DNA of 64,000 bases from a virus. Its lineage: Duplodnaviria; Heunggongvirae; Uroviricota; Caudoviricetes. The translations under genes and the position numbers were made by a program. This document shows, one piece after another, positions 10,723-20,084 of this stretch. A model generated the notes under the pieces. That model saw only the letters and a program-made list of their open reading frames with translations. It did no database searches and was not told where the DNA came from. Every line of letters begins with the position of its first letter. The first letter of the stretch is position 1. The stretch is from the IMG/VR virus record IMGVR_UViG_3300035208_002606. One strand, 5' to 3'.

Positions 10723-10854
10723 ATGAAAATCACAGTCAGAACTGCAATTCGCATTGCGTACAGAACACGAAGTCTTTGGGTCTGTCAAATAACAACCCGT
10801 AAGGCTATACGTTTCTCAATCCGTTTAAGGGGCTTGAGTTTTGGGAATTTTTAA
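10723..10854 (+). CDS. Small Arg-rich peptide (43 aa), absent from the ORF track
   Basis: ATAAATA at 10701 and GAGGG RBS; MKITVRTAIRIAYRTRSLWVCQITTRKAIRFSIRLRGLSFGNF. Confidence 0.45.
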   Translation: MKITVRTAIRIAYRTRSLWVCQITTRKAIRFSIRLRGLSFGNF

Positions 10855-10871
10855 AACATAGGAGAACTAAA

Positions 10872-11279
10872 ATGACAGGAAATACTTATAGAATGGGGGA
10901 AAGTGTTGTTATTGACGCAGAGTTAGAAGGAGTAGACACTTCCATTTCGGATGTCTGTATTGAAATTAAAACCACTACCCCTTGTAGCGGCATATCGGGT
11001 TGGACAAGTTATTATCCTGTCGCCGTGTCGGGAACCCCTATGGAAGAACGAGGCAATCAACAATATAGGTATGTATGGGACACAAGGGTCGGATACTCAG
11101 GATACTTTGGATGGTCTTGTTGGTCAGGATATGTTACGGCTAGTGGGGTCGTATGGTCGGGATATACTGGAATCTCAGGATATTCAGCCTCCGTATCGGG
11201 TCTGTATAATGTAACAATTACTGCACGAGACAGCAACAACCATTACGGGTCGGAGGAGTTCAAGATAAGAATTTCTTAA
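10872..11279 (+). CDS. Putative virion protein with SGY motifs (Ig-like fold possible)
   Basis: AGGAG RBS; SGYF/SGYV/SGYT/SGYS motifs like those in the tail fibre. Confidence 0.55.
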   Translation: MTGNTYRMGESVVIDAELEGVDTSISDVCIEIKTTTPCSGISGWTSYYPVAVSGTPMEERGNQQYRYVWDTRVGYSGYFGWSCWSGYVTASGVVWSGYTGISGYSASVSGLYNVTITARDSNNHYGSEEFKIRIS

Positions 11280-11284
11280 TAACA

Positions 11285-11383
11285 ATAAATAATAGTGAAG
11301 GACAAGGAGTAATTACCCTTTCAGAATACCTTAGTTATTCTGAATTACTTCACTTTATATTTTGACCAACTAAGGAGGGCGAA
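11285..11383 (+). promoter_or_regulatory. Endonuclease leader element copy 1 (late promoter plus structured pseudoknot 5' UTR)
   Basis: ATAAATA; P1 agtgaag/cttcact; P3 ttcagaata/tattctgaa; loop ccttagt pairs with actaagg at the RBS. Confidence 0.8.
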
Positions 11384-12079
11384 ATGAGAAAAAGATTTAA
11401 TGTTATTTATAAAATAAAAAACGAACAACGAAAATGTTTTTATATAGGGTATTCTACTTTAGGATTAAATCACAGAAAACACACACATAAATATGATTGT
11501 TTTAAACGAAAATTAAATACTAAACTTTATAATTTTATCAGGAAATATGGTTGGGATTCTTTTAATTGGAAAATTATTGCTGTTTATTCTACCCCTGAAG
11601 AACTTCAGCAAGCAGAAATAAATTGGATAAAACAACAAAAAGAAGAATTTTCTGATTGGGAATGTTTGAATTCAGTAGAGGGCGGGTCAGGAAATTTAGG
11701 ATGGGTTCCTTCTATTGATACAAGAAATAGAATGAGTGAGAGTCGTAAAAAATATTTAAAAGAGAATCCCGATATACTCATAAAGCAAATAAAAAAAATG
11801 AAAGAAAATTATTCTCCTCAAAACCACTCTATAAAAATGAAAGAGTTATATTTAAAAAACCCAAACAGAACAAGAGGCGAAAATAATTCAATGTATGGTA
11901 AACACCACTCAAAAGAAGAAAAAAAAAGAAGAAGTAAAATGATGGCTGGAAATAATAATCCAATGTATAAAAAATCTTTTTATAGTGTTTGGTTAGAAAA
12001 ATATGGGAAAGAAATAGCAAATGAAAAACTAAAGAAATGGGCAGATAAACATAGAAAAACACAACACCCTGTGATATAA
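11384..12079 (+). CDS. GIY-YIG homing endonuclease
   Basis: VIYKI..FYIGYS, AEINWI, LNSVEGG, NUMOD3-like MYGKHHS. Confidence 0.85.
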   Translation: MRKRFNVIYKIKNEQRKCFYIGYSTLGLNHRKHTHKYDCFKRKLNTKLYNFIRKYGWDSFNWKIIAVYSTPEELQQAEINWIKQQKEEFSDWECLNSVEGGSGNLGWVPSIDTRNRMSESRKKYLKENPDILIKQIKKMKENYSPQNHSIKMKELYLKNPNRTRGENNSMYGKHHSKEEKKRRSKMMAGNNNPMYKKSFYSVWLEKYGKEIANEKLKKWADKHRKTQHPVI

Positions 12080-12087
12080 TAGTAGTA

Positions 12088-12303
12088 GTGAAGAAAACAA
12101 AATTTGATTTATGGGTAGTTCTCCATCCTGAAAGACATTCAGGATGCTTCAACTGCAAGCATTGGCAGAAGTACAATATTTGTTTCAACCTTGGAAACAA
12201 AGATTGCGACCTGTTCCTGAAAAAGGAAGGGGAAATTACGGAAGAAGAATGGGCGAGAACTTTTCCCCACAGAAAAGGGCCGATTAAAGAAATTTTATTC
12301 TAA
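12088..12303 (+). CDS. Hypothetical Cys-rich protein
   Basis: CxxC motif; GTG start just after TGATATAAT. Confidence 0.45.
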   Translation: MKKTKFDLWVVLHPERHSGCFNCKHWQKYNICFNLGNKDCDLFLKKEGEITEEEWARTFPHRKGPIKEILF

Positions 12304-13601
12304 TGAAAATTAAGGAAAGTTTTTCACATCTTTTGGACCAAGAAAAACCACTACTCCCACAATTAAATAAAATAAAAAGAAGGTGTTTTGCACCTTACAA
12401 AAGTAACTTACAACTACTTCGGTACGAGTGTGAAAATTGCAGTCGAGAGGGAAAGTTCAGGAGTTGCCTATTTTACGAGGCCACGCACCTTTCCTGTTTC
12501 TCCAAGCACCTAAAGGAAATTCAGGAGAGTAAATCGATTCCAAGGCCCAAGAACTTTCACCCCAAGACAGAACGCCTTTGCGTTCGCAAGTACCCGTTGG
12601 AAACAATCCTGAAGGGTACTTGGGCCGTCTTTCTCCACGACAGGGAGGAGCCGTTCAACATCAACACCCCCGAACATAAGGAGTGGCGGCAGGAGCGCAA
12701 GGAAGTCGTAAAGAAACTCCCCTGCGAAAGCACTTGTAAGATGGTAAACTACTGCCCCTTCTATCAAAACGGTGTGAATGTCCGACTCTGCTTCACCGAA
12801 ATAGAGTCGTACGATGACGAAGAAGTCTATTACAAGAAGCACACCCACGACACTCACAAAGGTTATATCAAGGACTCCTACCTCTACAAGAATTTCATCA
12901 AGGGGTCGAAGGTTAAGGAACTTCCCTATGTCAGGACGAACGGAAGCCGCAAGAAATTGGACGAGTGGCATTACAGGGTCTACGAAAAAATCTTCGCCGC
13001 CGTTCAACATCAAAAGAAACAAAAGCGGGTCGTTCTGAAAGGGGTGTTGGACTCCCTGTTGGGACAAGTCGAGACAGAGGAAGAAACTTTAAAAATCCTG
13101 AACGAAAATTCCGAACTTGACTTTCAAAAAATCAGAACCTTCGCAAAGAAGAACGCCGACCTGTTCTCCCAGAATCCTCAGGAGTTGGTCGAAGTGGATT
13201 TTACCTTTTGGCGGGAGTGGGCCAAACAGAGAAATTTGAAATTCTCGGATATTCTCTACGGTTGGTTCTTGGGTCAAGAAGAGTGTCCATCTAGGAAGGA
13301 ACTAGAGGAAAGATTTAAAATAACAAGGTGGACTCAGGTTGAAATTGAAAGACGGTTGGGGGTTCGCAAAGAGTTCAAAAACATCGGAGCCTCTCAAGTC
13401 GAGAACAACTACATTATCAACCCCTACTGCCTGAAAGCCGTATTCAGGATTCTCTCACAAGTCGAAAAAAATAAATTCTTGGAGCCTGTTAGAAAAAGGA
13501 ATAATTTACACTTGGCAACACTTCAGGGAATTACAAATAATAAAAACACAACAGAGTATGATATAATTAATTCAACAGGAAAAATAATAAATAATACTTA
13601 G
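12303..13601 (+). CDS. Hypothetical 432 aa protein with Cys clusters and a possible C-terminal HTH
   Basis: Long ORF with phage-core codon usage; CENC..C..C, CESTC..C..C; PSRKELEERFKITRWTQVEIERRLG. Confidence 0.65.
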   Translation: MKIKESFSHLLDQEKPLLPQLNKIKRRCFAPYKSNLQLLRYECENCSREGKFRSCLFYEATHLSCFSKHLKEIQESKSIPRPKNFHPKTERLCVRKYPLETILKGTWAVFLHDREEPFNINTPEHKEWRQERKEVVKKLPCESTCKMVNYCPFYQNGVNVRLCFTEIESYDDEEVYYKKHTHDTHKGYIKDSYLYKNFIKGSKVKELPYVRTNGSRKKLDEWHYRVYEKIFAAVQHQKKQKRVVLKGVLDSLLGQVETEEETLKILNENSELDFQKIRTFAKKNADLFSQNPQELVEVDFTFWREWAKQRNLKFSDILYGWFLGQEECPSRKELEERFKITRWTQVEIERRLGVRKEFKNIGASQVENNYIINPYCLKAVFRILSQVEKNKFLEPVRKRNNLHLATLQGITNNKNTTEYDIINSTGKIINNT

Positions 13602-14021
13602 GGAAAAATTTTACCAAGGAAAAAGTTTACCAAGGAAAAGGGAAAACGGTTACAAACTTCTCAGAATGCCAGGAGCGACCTAGGCAGTCGTATTCCGCAA
13701 GTTTAGTAACTCACAAGGTTGTCCTAACATCAGGTTGGTGTTAGCAAACAGTCCGCTAGGGAAGTTGAAAAATTGGCCCTAGGAATACTCTTAACTGCAA
13801 TTCACCCCTAATAGTTGTATCGTCTTCGAAATTATTGTAAAGGTTCCTTATTTTTTCAAAGGGGTTAGGACGATTAGAAATTCCTAAGTCTTAGGAATTT
13901 TAAAATTAGGGTAAAAAAAGAAGTGGCACATGGTGGTCTATTCGGAAGACTCCGAATCACGATTTATTTTTATTCTTCTTTTTTATTTCTAGGTGTGGTA
14001 TAATAGGGTTAGGAGTGAAAA
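13602..14021. other. Non-coding block with direct and inverted repeats (possible origin or regulatory region)
   Basis: tttaccaaggaaaa twice (13610, 13626); perfect inverted repeat aaattcctaag-t-cttaggaattt at 13878-13900; TGTGGTATAAT at 13994. Confidence 0.45.
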
Positions 14022-14228
14022 ATGATAAAGAACTTTTGGAATTGGATGAACGAAAAAATTTTCCGTCTGTATCTTGGCTTGATGTTTTTGGGGTGGTTAG
14101 TTCTGATAGGGTGCGCCCTTATGAATTTTACTGAATTTCAAACGATGGTGGCCCTGATTGCGATTTGGCTCCCCTTAGTAGCGGCCCTGATTATTAAGGA
14201 TATTAAGAATAATAATGAGATTTTATAG
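14022..14228 (+). CDS. Small membrane protein (2 TM)
   Basis: AGGAG RBS, two hydrophobic stretches. Confidence 0.55.
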   Translation: MIKNFWNWMNEKIFRLYLGLMFLGWLVLIGCALMNFTEFQTMVALIAIWLPLVAALIIKDIKNNNEIL

Positions 14229-14412
14229 GTTTCTTAAAATCTGTAAGTGGTTCCTGTTTTTTCTCTCTCTTCTCTGCTTTTTCTTGGGAGGCTCCTTTGC
14301 GTGGAGTTCCCTCTATTCTATCGCCTTCTTTTTCTACCTTCAATTCTTCGGCCTCTTCATCGGGGCTGTGGGCCTGAAAAGGCTTTCGATTATTTACAAA
14401 CCCAACCCTTGA
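14215..14412 (+). CDS. Small membrane protein
   Basis: Hydrophobic 65 aa ORF overlapping the previous stop. Confidence 0.45.
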   Translation: MRFYRFLKICKWFLFFLSLLCFFLGGSFAWSSLYSIAFFFYLQFFGLFIGAVGLKRLSIIYKPNP

Positions 14413-14437
14413 CAAGTCCTTAAAATCCTGATATACT
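14409..14437 (+). promoter_or_regulatory. Sigma70-type early promoter
   Basis: TTGACA-17 nt-TATACT. Confidence 0.8.
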
Positions 14438-14514
14438 AAAATTATGAGGAGGAACAGAATTGTTCAACTGTCGAAGAGGGCCGATAACAAAATCAAAAAA
14501 AAGTTCCAAACCCC

Positions 14515-14543
14515 TTGACAAGTCTGAATGGGTCTGTTATAAT
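14515..14543 (+). promoter_or_regulatory. Consensus sigma70 early promoter, probably giving a leaderless mRNA
   Basis: TTGACA-17 nt-TATAAT with an A-tract upstream; ATG at 14550 lies 6 nt after the -10 box. Confidence 0.85.
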
Positions 14544-14549
14544 TAAGGT

Positions 14550-15932
14550 ATGAAAAAGATAAAGTTTATGAGGTATACGGCGAACGGGGCTGAGTATGTT
14601 TCCCTTGAAATTCCTCAGGAGTTCATCGACAAGTACTCGACCTGTGATGTTTCGTCCGTCAAGCAACGGATGCGCTTTTGGAACAGCCCCAAAAAGAAGA
14701 ATGATTGGGGTTGTCATATCGTTGGAAAACTTCTGACCGACAGCGAGTTCGTGGATACCTTGACGGGGCAGATGAACCCCTCTATCTACAAGTGGTTCTC
14801 CAAGTCCTTTAACAACTTTACCACGAACTTCTATGTCCTTTTCAACGACTTAGAGGCTCCTGCTGAGGCTCCTGCTGAGGCTCCTGCTGAGGAACCTATC
14901 GAAGAGGCTCCTGCTGAGGAACCTGTCGAAGAGGCTCCCGTTGAAGTTAAGAAAGAGCGCAAGAAGAGGGAGAAGAAACCTGTTGACCCGCTGAAAGAGG
15001 CTCGTAAGGTCTACAGAACCGCCAAGACCCGCCTCAACAACAAAATCAGACTGCTCAAGACCCTGAATCATTGGGTTGACCCCTATTCGTTGTCGAATCG
15101 TGGGGATGTTGCGGAGCGTGAACGGGCTGATAATGTTCTGAAGAACATTTTCAACGCCTACAAGGTCTATTTTGAAGAGGGTCTTGCCGCCAAGGGCGTT
15201 CCCTTCTATATCAAAAAGGAAGGCTTCGACCTCAGCAACACCTACAGGAACCGTGGGGCGCAGATTTACGCTGAGTATGTCCTTGTCAACAACACCGAAA
15301 ATGTTCCCGATGAAGTTATGGCAAAGCAGGATTACAATGTCCTGACGCTTGCGTGGTGCTTCAAGAAAACCATGAAAAATCGTTGGGATTACGAACGGTT
15401 TATGACCATCGACAAAATCGGCATCACCTACAAGAGCCACGATTATGTTCTCAGGGGTAAAATTAAGTCCTTCAAGGGGCTTCGTGAGTCCACCTTCACC
15501 GAAATGGTTGAGAAGGTTTTCAACGCAAACAACCAACTCTACGCTTCCAAGATTGAAGACTTCAAATCCCTTCAGACCCGTGTTGTTCAGAATCAGGTCG
15601 AAGAGAACAAACTGAAGGACTTCTTGACGAAGAATGTTATCTCCGTTCTGAATCCGACCTATCTCAAGAACTCCGCTCTCGACTTTACCAAAGAAGAGTT
15701 TGAGGTCGCTGTTCCCCTTCCGAGAACGGGTTGGAGCAATTCGGAAATCGAGATTCTCAATATTCGGAAGAAAACGGATAACCTTGAGAAAATGACGATT
15801 CGTCTCACCTTCTTCGGGGCGAAGACCAAAGAGGCAACGACTGCCGCCGAAGCGATTTCGTTTATCAATGCCGTCTTTCAGAATGAACTTGCCAAGACAG
15901 TTGAAATCATTTCTAGGACGAACATTGTTTAA
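14550..15932 (+). CDS. Hypothetical early protein with an EAPA linker
   Basis: 460 aa ORF with strongly biased codons; gaggctcctgct repeats at about 14853-14940. Confidence 0.75.
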   Translation: MKKIKFMRYTANGAEYVSLEIPQEFIDKYSTCDVSSVKQRMRFWNSPKKKNDWGCHIVGKLLTDSEFVDTLTGQMNPSIYKWFSKSFNNFTTNFYVLFNDLEAPAEAPAEAPAEEPIEEAPAEEPVEEAPVEVKKERKKREKKPVDPLKEARKVYRTAKTRLNNKIRLLKTLNHWVDPYSLSNRGDVAERERADNVLKNIFNAYKVYFEEGLAAKGVPFYIKKEGFDLSNTYRNRGAQIYAEYVLVNNTENVPDEVMAKQDYNVLTLAWCFKKTMKNRWDYERFMTIDKIGITYKSHDYVLRGKIKSFKGLRESTFTEMVEKVFNANNQLYASKIEDFKSLQTRVVQNQVEENKLKDFLTKNVISVLNPTYLKNSALDFTKEEFEVAVPLPRTGWSNSEIEILNIRKKTDNLEKMTIRLTFFGAKTKEATTAAEAISFINAVFQNELAKTVEIISRTNIV

Positions 15933-15943
15933 GGAGGAAAAAC

Positions 15944-16261
15944 ATGGATAATTACAAACTCACGGATATTTTCGGAGAGAGAAAGCGTCCTCAGAAAACT
16001 GCGGCGCAGTTGGAAAAGGAACGCAAGTGGAACATGGAAGCGGTTGAAGAAGAGAAGAAGCGCAGGGAGTCCAACCGCTTGAAGCGTCAGACCTTCAAGG
16101 TAGGTGATAAGGTGAAAGTCAAGCCGTTTTTAGTGTTTGAAGATTACAAGACAACCGTTAAAGGTGTTATTACCAAATTGAACCGCAACTATGTTTATGT
16201 TTTTATCAAGAGTTGGAAAGAAGATAAGGCTTGCGGTTACGAAGAAGTCGAGAAGATTTAA
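15944..16261 (+). CDS. Hypothetical protein with KOW/SH3-like C-terminus
   Basis: AGGAGG RBS; FKVGDKVKV motif. Confidence 0.6.
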   Translation: MDNYKLTDIFGERKRPQKTAAQLEKERKWNMEAVEEEKKRRESNRLKRQTFKVGDKVKVKPFLVFEDYKTTVKGVITKLNRNYVYVFIKSWKEDKACGYEEVEKI

Positions 16262-16272
16262 GGAGGAAAAAC

Positions 16273-16488
16273 ATGGCTAACAAAAGCCCTTATTACGATT
16301 CAATCAAGGCTCTCGTTGACCCCAAGTATAATCCCCGTCATGTTGAGGCTTATATGCGGGTTGCGAACTCTTGCTTGGATGGCCTGAGCCACAGCGAGTT
16401 TACAGAAGAGGTCAAGTGGTCTTGCTTCTGTATTGACGAGCAGGGCAAGCGCAATGCCGAGCGAGTGGCAAAGAGTTTTGGACTTTAA
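16273..16488 (+). CDS. Hypothetical protein
   Basis: AGGAGG RBS before ATG 16273. Confidence 0.6.
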   Translation: MANKSPYYDSIKALVDPKYNPRHVEAYMRVANSCLDGLSHSEFTEEVKWSCFCIDEQGKRNAERVAKSFGL

Positions 16489-16497
16489 GGAGAATAA

Positions 16498-16839
16498 ATG
16501 ACCCGAAGCGTAATTAAGTTGGACAATGACGAGCAGGATACCCTAGGACGCTTCTACAATCGTTTAAGAGGGGCTTTAGTCAAAGGGTACGGCTACGGAG
16601 AGGAAGAAGCGGACTTTGAGGCCTACAAGTGGATTCTGAAGGAAACTAGCAAGCCCCCGAAGGACTACTTCAAGATTTTAGCCTGTATCCCCCAAGAGGC
16701 GCAGGATAAGATTGTCAAGCACTTAGGATATTCGAACTTTAAGGACTTTAAGAAGAACTTCAGCAAGCAGTTGAATATCTATCGGCAGGGTTCTTTTCGC
16801 AGGGATGAAAAAGGAGAAAACGATGACTTTAAGAATTGA
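16498..16839 (+). CDS. Hypothetical protein
   Basis: AAGGAG RBS. Confidence 0.6.
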   Translation: MTRSVIKLDNDEQDTLGRFYNRLRGALVKGYGYGEEEADFEAYKWILKETSKPPKDYFKILACIPQEAQDKIVKHLGYSNFKDFKKNFSKQLNIYRQGSFRRDEKGENDDFKN

Positions 16840-17035
16840 CAGGAATTTGGTTTGTGAAGTGTGCGGTAGTTTCGTGGAACACGAAGCGGGAGTTTTCAAC
16901 GGCAGAGTGGAACGGCATTTTTCCTGTAGCAACCCCGCCTGTAGTCATTACACGGAACCCGATGTTCAAGTGGAGAACGATACGATTCCATCTTGGGTAG
17001 TGTTTAAAAACACCTACAGAAATATTGAGGCGTAA
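16823..17035 (+). CDS. Small Zn-ribbon protein
   Basis: CEVC...CSNPAC; AAGGAG RBS. Confidence 0.55.
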   Translation: MTLRIDRNLVCEVCGSFVEHEAGVFNGRVERHFSCSNPACSHYTEPDVQVENDTIPSWVVFKNTYRNIEA

Positions 17036-17036
17036 A

Positions 17037-17303
17037 ATGAAAAAGAAAAATTGTGACTGTCGCTTGTGCAAGCGCAATCGGAAGTTCGAAAGGTTCCTGA
17101 AGAAGTACCCTTTCACCAAGAAGGATACGGAGTTCTTGAATAAAATCTACGATGATTTGAATATGACGGAGTCCGAGTTGAATCATCGTGAAGCCGTTTT
17201 GGACGGCTCTTGGCCTCAGGCTGTCGAGATTCTAGAGCGCAGTCTTGAAGAGGCCAAAAAGTTTCGTGCCGAGCAGGAGAAGAAGAATGTCGAGAGAGTT
17301 TAA
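17037..17303 (+). CDS. Hypothetical protein
   Basis: Packed ORF with CDCRLC. Confidence 0.55.
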   Translation: MKKKNCDCRLCKRNRKFERFLKKYPFTKKDTEFLNKIYDDLNMTESELNHREAVLDGSWPQAVEILERSLEEAKKFRAEQEKKNVERV

Positions 17304-17601
17304 GTTTAAGGAGAACGAACCCAATATCGAGAAATTGTACCGCTACGCCCTCTACAAGTTTCCTAAGCATAAAAAAAGGCTTGATTATGACGAGTGGGGG
17401 CAGTTCGTGATGTTTACGAAAAACGAGACCACAACGATTTTCTATTATGTCAACGGCCTAGGCCACCTGTATTACAATGTCTACAAGAAAAGGGAAGCGA
17501 AGGCCGACAAGAAGATTGTGGACGATTTTAAGAGTCAGACTTATTCGGAAGATAAACTGAAGAAATTCTTCGACAAGATTTTGGTTCCGCTTAATCGCTA
17601 G
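17287..17601 (+). CDS. Hypothetical protein
   Basis: AGGAG RBS before ATG 17287. Confidence 0.55.
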   Translation: MSREFKFKENEPNIEKLYRYALYKFPKHKKRLDYDEWGQFVMFTKNETTTIFYYVNGLGHLYYNVYKKREAKADKKIVDDFKSQTYSEDKLKKFFDKILVPLNR

Positions 17602-17809
17602 GCGGTTCAGTAAACCCCAATCTTTTTGTGTGTTCGTGGGCGACTGTAAAAATACCAACGATAAGAGTCATTAAAGTTACGAACTCCCCACCCGTCAATT
17701 TATTCATAGCAAAAAACGCAACGCTAGGAATCCACACCAATATAAAGACGGTGAATTTAATCGATTTAATACGTTCCCGCCAAGGGTAATATTTTTTGGT
17801 TTCTGCCAT
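17591..17809 (-). CDS. Small 2-TM membrane protein (holin-like)
   Basis: Two hydrophobic helices with charged termini; follows a late minus-strand gene. Confidence 0.45.
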   Translation of the reverse strand: MAETKKYYPWRERIKSIKFTVFILVWIPSVAFFAMNKLTGGEFVTLMTLIVGIFTVAHEHTKRLGFTEPPSD

Positions 17810-17819
17810 TTCAACCCCC

Positions 17820-18863
17820 TTACGCCAACTGAAGCACCGCTAAGGTTTGGTCAACCGTTCCACGGTAATACAGGATTTGGTCGTGCGTGATATCATCGAC
17901 AAAGGTCTCCCCCTTATTCAAAACAATTCCTACGACAGTTGCCGCATCCGACAATGTCGGGACTGAGTACTTGTAAAAGTCAACTTTGCGATTGGTGATA
18001 TTCTTTTGGAGTATGCTGTTTGCTTTTTTGTCGTGAACGGCTACGCTGACGGCTGAAATATTTCCAACCCAAGTTCCACCCGCTCCAGGATTGAATGTCA
18101 ATGCTCCTGCGCTCTCTGCCGTAAAGTACATCGTGTAAGTTCCGTTGGCTGAAATATTAGATTGTCCCTGACCACCCGCAACGATGTTAAGCCCCGTTCC
18201 AGGAACTGTAACATTACTTAAAGTCACCACGAGTTTATAGGTCACACCAACAACAGGAACCCATCCTGTATCAACTACTAACGGAACGATGTTGCCTGTT
18301 GCGTGGCTCCATCCCGTTGCGGCGGCATAGGTAAATCCTGCTACAGGGGTCCAGCCCCCGATGGCATCTGCGCCCGTTATGAGTTCCGCACCGTCAAGAG
18401 TAAAGGTGTAAGTGGTTCCTATCGTATTCACAACATTTCTCAACACCATACTGATTTCATCTTCCGACCCCGAACTTCTTGCCACATCATAAGGCCTGAA
18501 AACCAAATAAGTTTCATCAGAAACAGGAATCAATTGGGGTAGAACAGGGTCGGTATCAAAAGTATAAAGACCCGTTACCGTACTATAAGAAACACTTCTA
18601 ACAATATGGTCGATATGATAAGGGGCAAAATAAATTTCAATTTTACCGTCCGTGGTATTGTCCCCATTTTTACCTGTATTTTTAAGATAAAGGCGTTCTC
18701 TGTATTTCAGAACTTGTCCCCAAGTTAAACCGTCAGGACAGGCTATACATCCCCCGCCAACCCCTGCGGTGTAAGTAGTAAGATTACCCCATACAGTCGC
18801 ACTCGCCATAGGAACGCTTAACAACGATGATTTCTCATATCTACGAAATTTCTCAATAATCAT
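17820..18863 (-). CDS. Putative virion structural protein (beta-rich)
   Basis: 347 aa rich in T/G/V; GAGG RBS and ATAAATA on the minus strand at 18880-18886. Confidence 0.6.
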   Translation of the reverse strand: MIIEKFRRYEKSSLLSVPMASATVWGNLTTYTAGVGGGCIACPDGLTWGQVLKYRERLYLKNTGKNGDNTTDGKIEIYFAPYHIDHIVRSVSYSTVTGLYTFDTDPVLPQLIPVSDETYLVFRPYDVARSSGSEDEISMVLRNVVNTIGTTYTFTLDGAELITGADAIGGWTPVAGFTYAAATGWSHATGNIVPLVVDTGWVPVVGVTYKLVVTLSNVTVPGTGLNIVAGGQGQSNISANGTYTMYFTAESAGALTFNPGAGGTWVGNISAVSVAVHDKKANSILQKNITNRKVDFYKYSVPTLSDAATVVGIVLNKGETFVDDITHDQILYYRGTVDQTLAVLQLA

Positions 18864-18916
18864 TTGCCACCTCTAAAGTTATTTATTAGAATTTGAAATA
18901 AACATTATAAAAAATA

Positions 18917-19015
18917 ATAAATAATAGTGTAGGGACAGGGGATGCAACCCTTTTTGAAAAGCCCAATTCTTTTCAAATTACCTACAATAAATTAAACTTA
19001 ATTGGGAGGTTTAAG
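18917..19015 (+). promoter_or_regulatory. Endonuclease leader element copy 2
   Basis: ATAAATA; P1 tgtagg/cctaca; P3 tttgaaaag/cttttcaaa; loop cccaatt pairs with aattggg(agg). Confidence 0.8.
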
Positions 19016-19726
19016 ATGAGAAATAATCAAAAGGTTGTTTGGGGGTTTATTTATCTTTTTATTGTTTGTAATAAAGGGTATGTGGGACAAACCCCTTATT
19101 TAAAAAATAGATTTAAATGTCATTTTAAAATTAAAAAATCAAATTCTTACTTCCACAATTCTTTACGCAAATACTTTAAAGAAAATAGTTCTTTCGAAAT
19201 TTTAGAATGTTGGAAAAGAAATGAAAGAAGTTTAGAAGAATTTAAAAAATTACTTAATAATAGAGAAATATTTTGGATTGATAAATTAGGCACTTTTGAC
19301 CCTGAACAAAAAAAGGGTTGGAATTTAACCCGTGGTGGTGGGGGAATTCTTGGATTAAAAGGAAAATTTAGTCCAAATTGGAATAAAAAATTGTCTATAG
19401 AAACTAGAAGAAAAATAAGTGAAAATCACGCAAATATGTCAGGAATGAATAATCCTTGTTTTGGAAGAACGAAAGAGAAACATCCCTTTTTTGGAAAAAG
19501 GGGGAGTTCAACTTACTATTTTGGAAAGCACCATACAAAAGAAACAAAAAATAATATTTCTAAAAAAACAAGAGGGGAAAATAATGGTTCGGTAAAATTA
19601 ACAGAAAAAGAAGTAATTGAAATAAAAAATAGTAGTTTATCTCAAATAGAGTTAGGAAAAATTTATAAAATACATCAATCTCATGTTTCTAGAATAAAAA
19701 GAAATGTAAATTGGAAATATTTATAA
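19016..19726 (+). CDS. GIY-YIG homing endonuclease, close paralog of 10005-10721
   Basis: GFIY..YVGQT, REIFWI, DPEQKKGWNLTRGG. Confidence 0.85.
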   Translation: MRNNQKVVWGFIYLFIVCNKGYVGQTPYLKNRFKCHFKIKKSNSYFHNSLRKYFKENSSFEILECWKRNERSLEEFKKLLNNREIFWIDKLGTFDPEQKKGWNLTRGGGGILGLKGKFSPNWNKKLSIETRRKISENHANMSGMNNPCFGRTKEKHPFFGKRGSSTYYFGKHHTKETKNNISKKTRGENNGSVKLTEKEVIEIKNSSLSQIELGKIYKIHQSHVSRIKRNVNWKYL

Positions 19727-19748
19727 CCATATATGATATAATATAAGT

Positions 19749-20084
19749 ATGAAAAAGATAATTAACAAACTTGTGCGAGATAAAATTCCTGAATTAATTT
19801 TAAAAAATGGAGAAGAGGGGGATTATTATCAATTTCCACTTGGCCCTGATTATGAAATAGAACTTATTAATAAATTAGGTGAAGAAATTGGTGAATATCT
19901 AGATAGCAAGAACCCTGAGGAACTGGCTGATATCTTGGAAGTTTTGATGGAGTTGGCGAAAATTAGGGATATCCCCTTTTCAGAAATCGAGGCCATTCGT
20001 CAGAAAAAGTTGAACGACCGAGGTGGCTTCAGTAAGAGAATATTCCTGGTGAAGGTGAGGGAAAATGAGAAACATGACGGATAA
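19749..20084 (+). CDS. MazG/HisE-like nucleoside triphosphate pyrophosphohydrolase
   Basis: NKLVRDKIPE...KLGEEIGEY...EELADILEV...RGGF signature. Confidence 0.8.
   Translation: MKKIINKLVRDKIPELILKNGEEGDYYQFPLGPDYEIELINKLGEEIGEYLDSKNPEELADILEVLMELAKIRDIPFSEIEAIRQKKLNDRGGFSKRIFLVKVRENEKHDG

Noticed and set aside
11285-11383. Leader element as a hammerhead/HDV ribozyme or c-di-GMP riboswitch
   Set aside because: It lacks the CUGANGA/GAAA core, the HDV nested topology and the GNRA-receptor or kink-turn features; kept as an unknown motif
12510-15536. Long antisense ORFs (e.g. 12510-13067, 14850-15536) and similar ones elsewhere
   Set aside because: They mirror codon-biased sense genes and have no RBS or recognisable motifs
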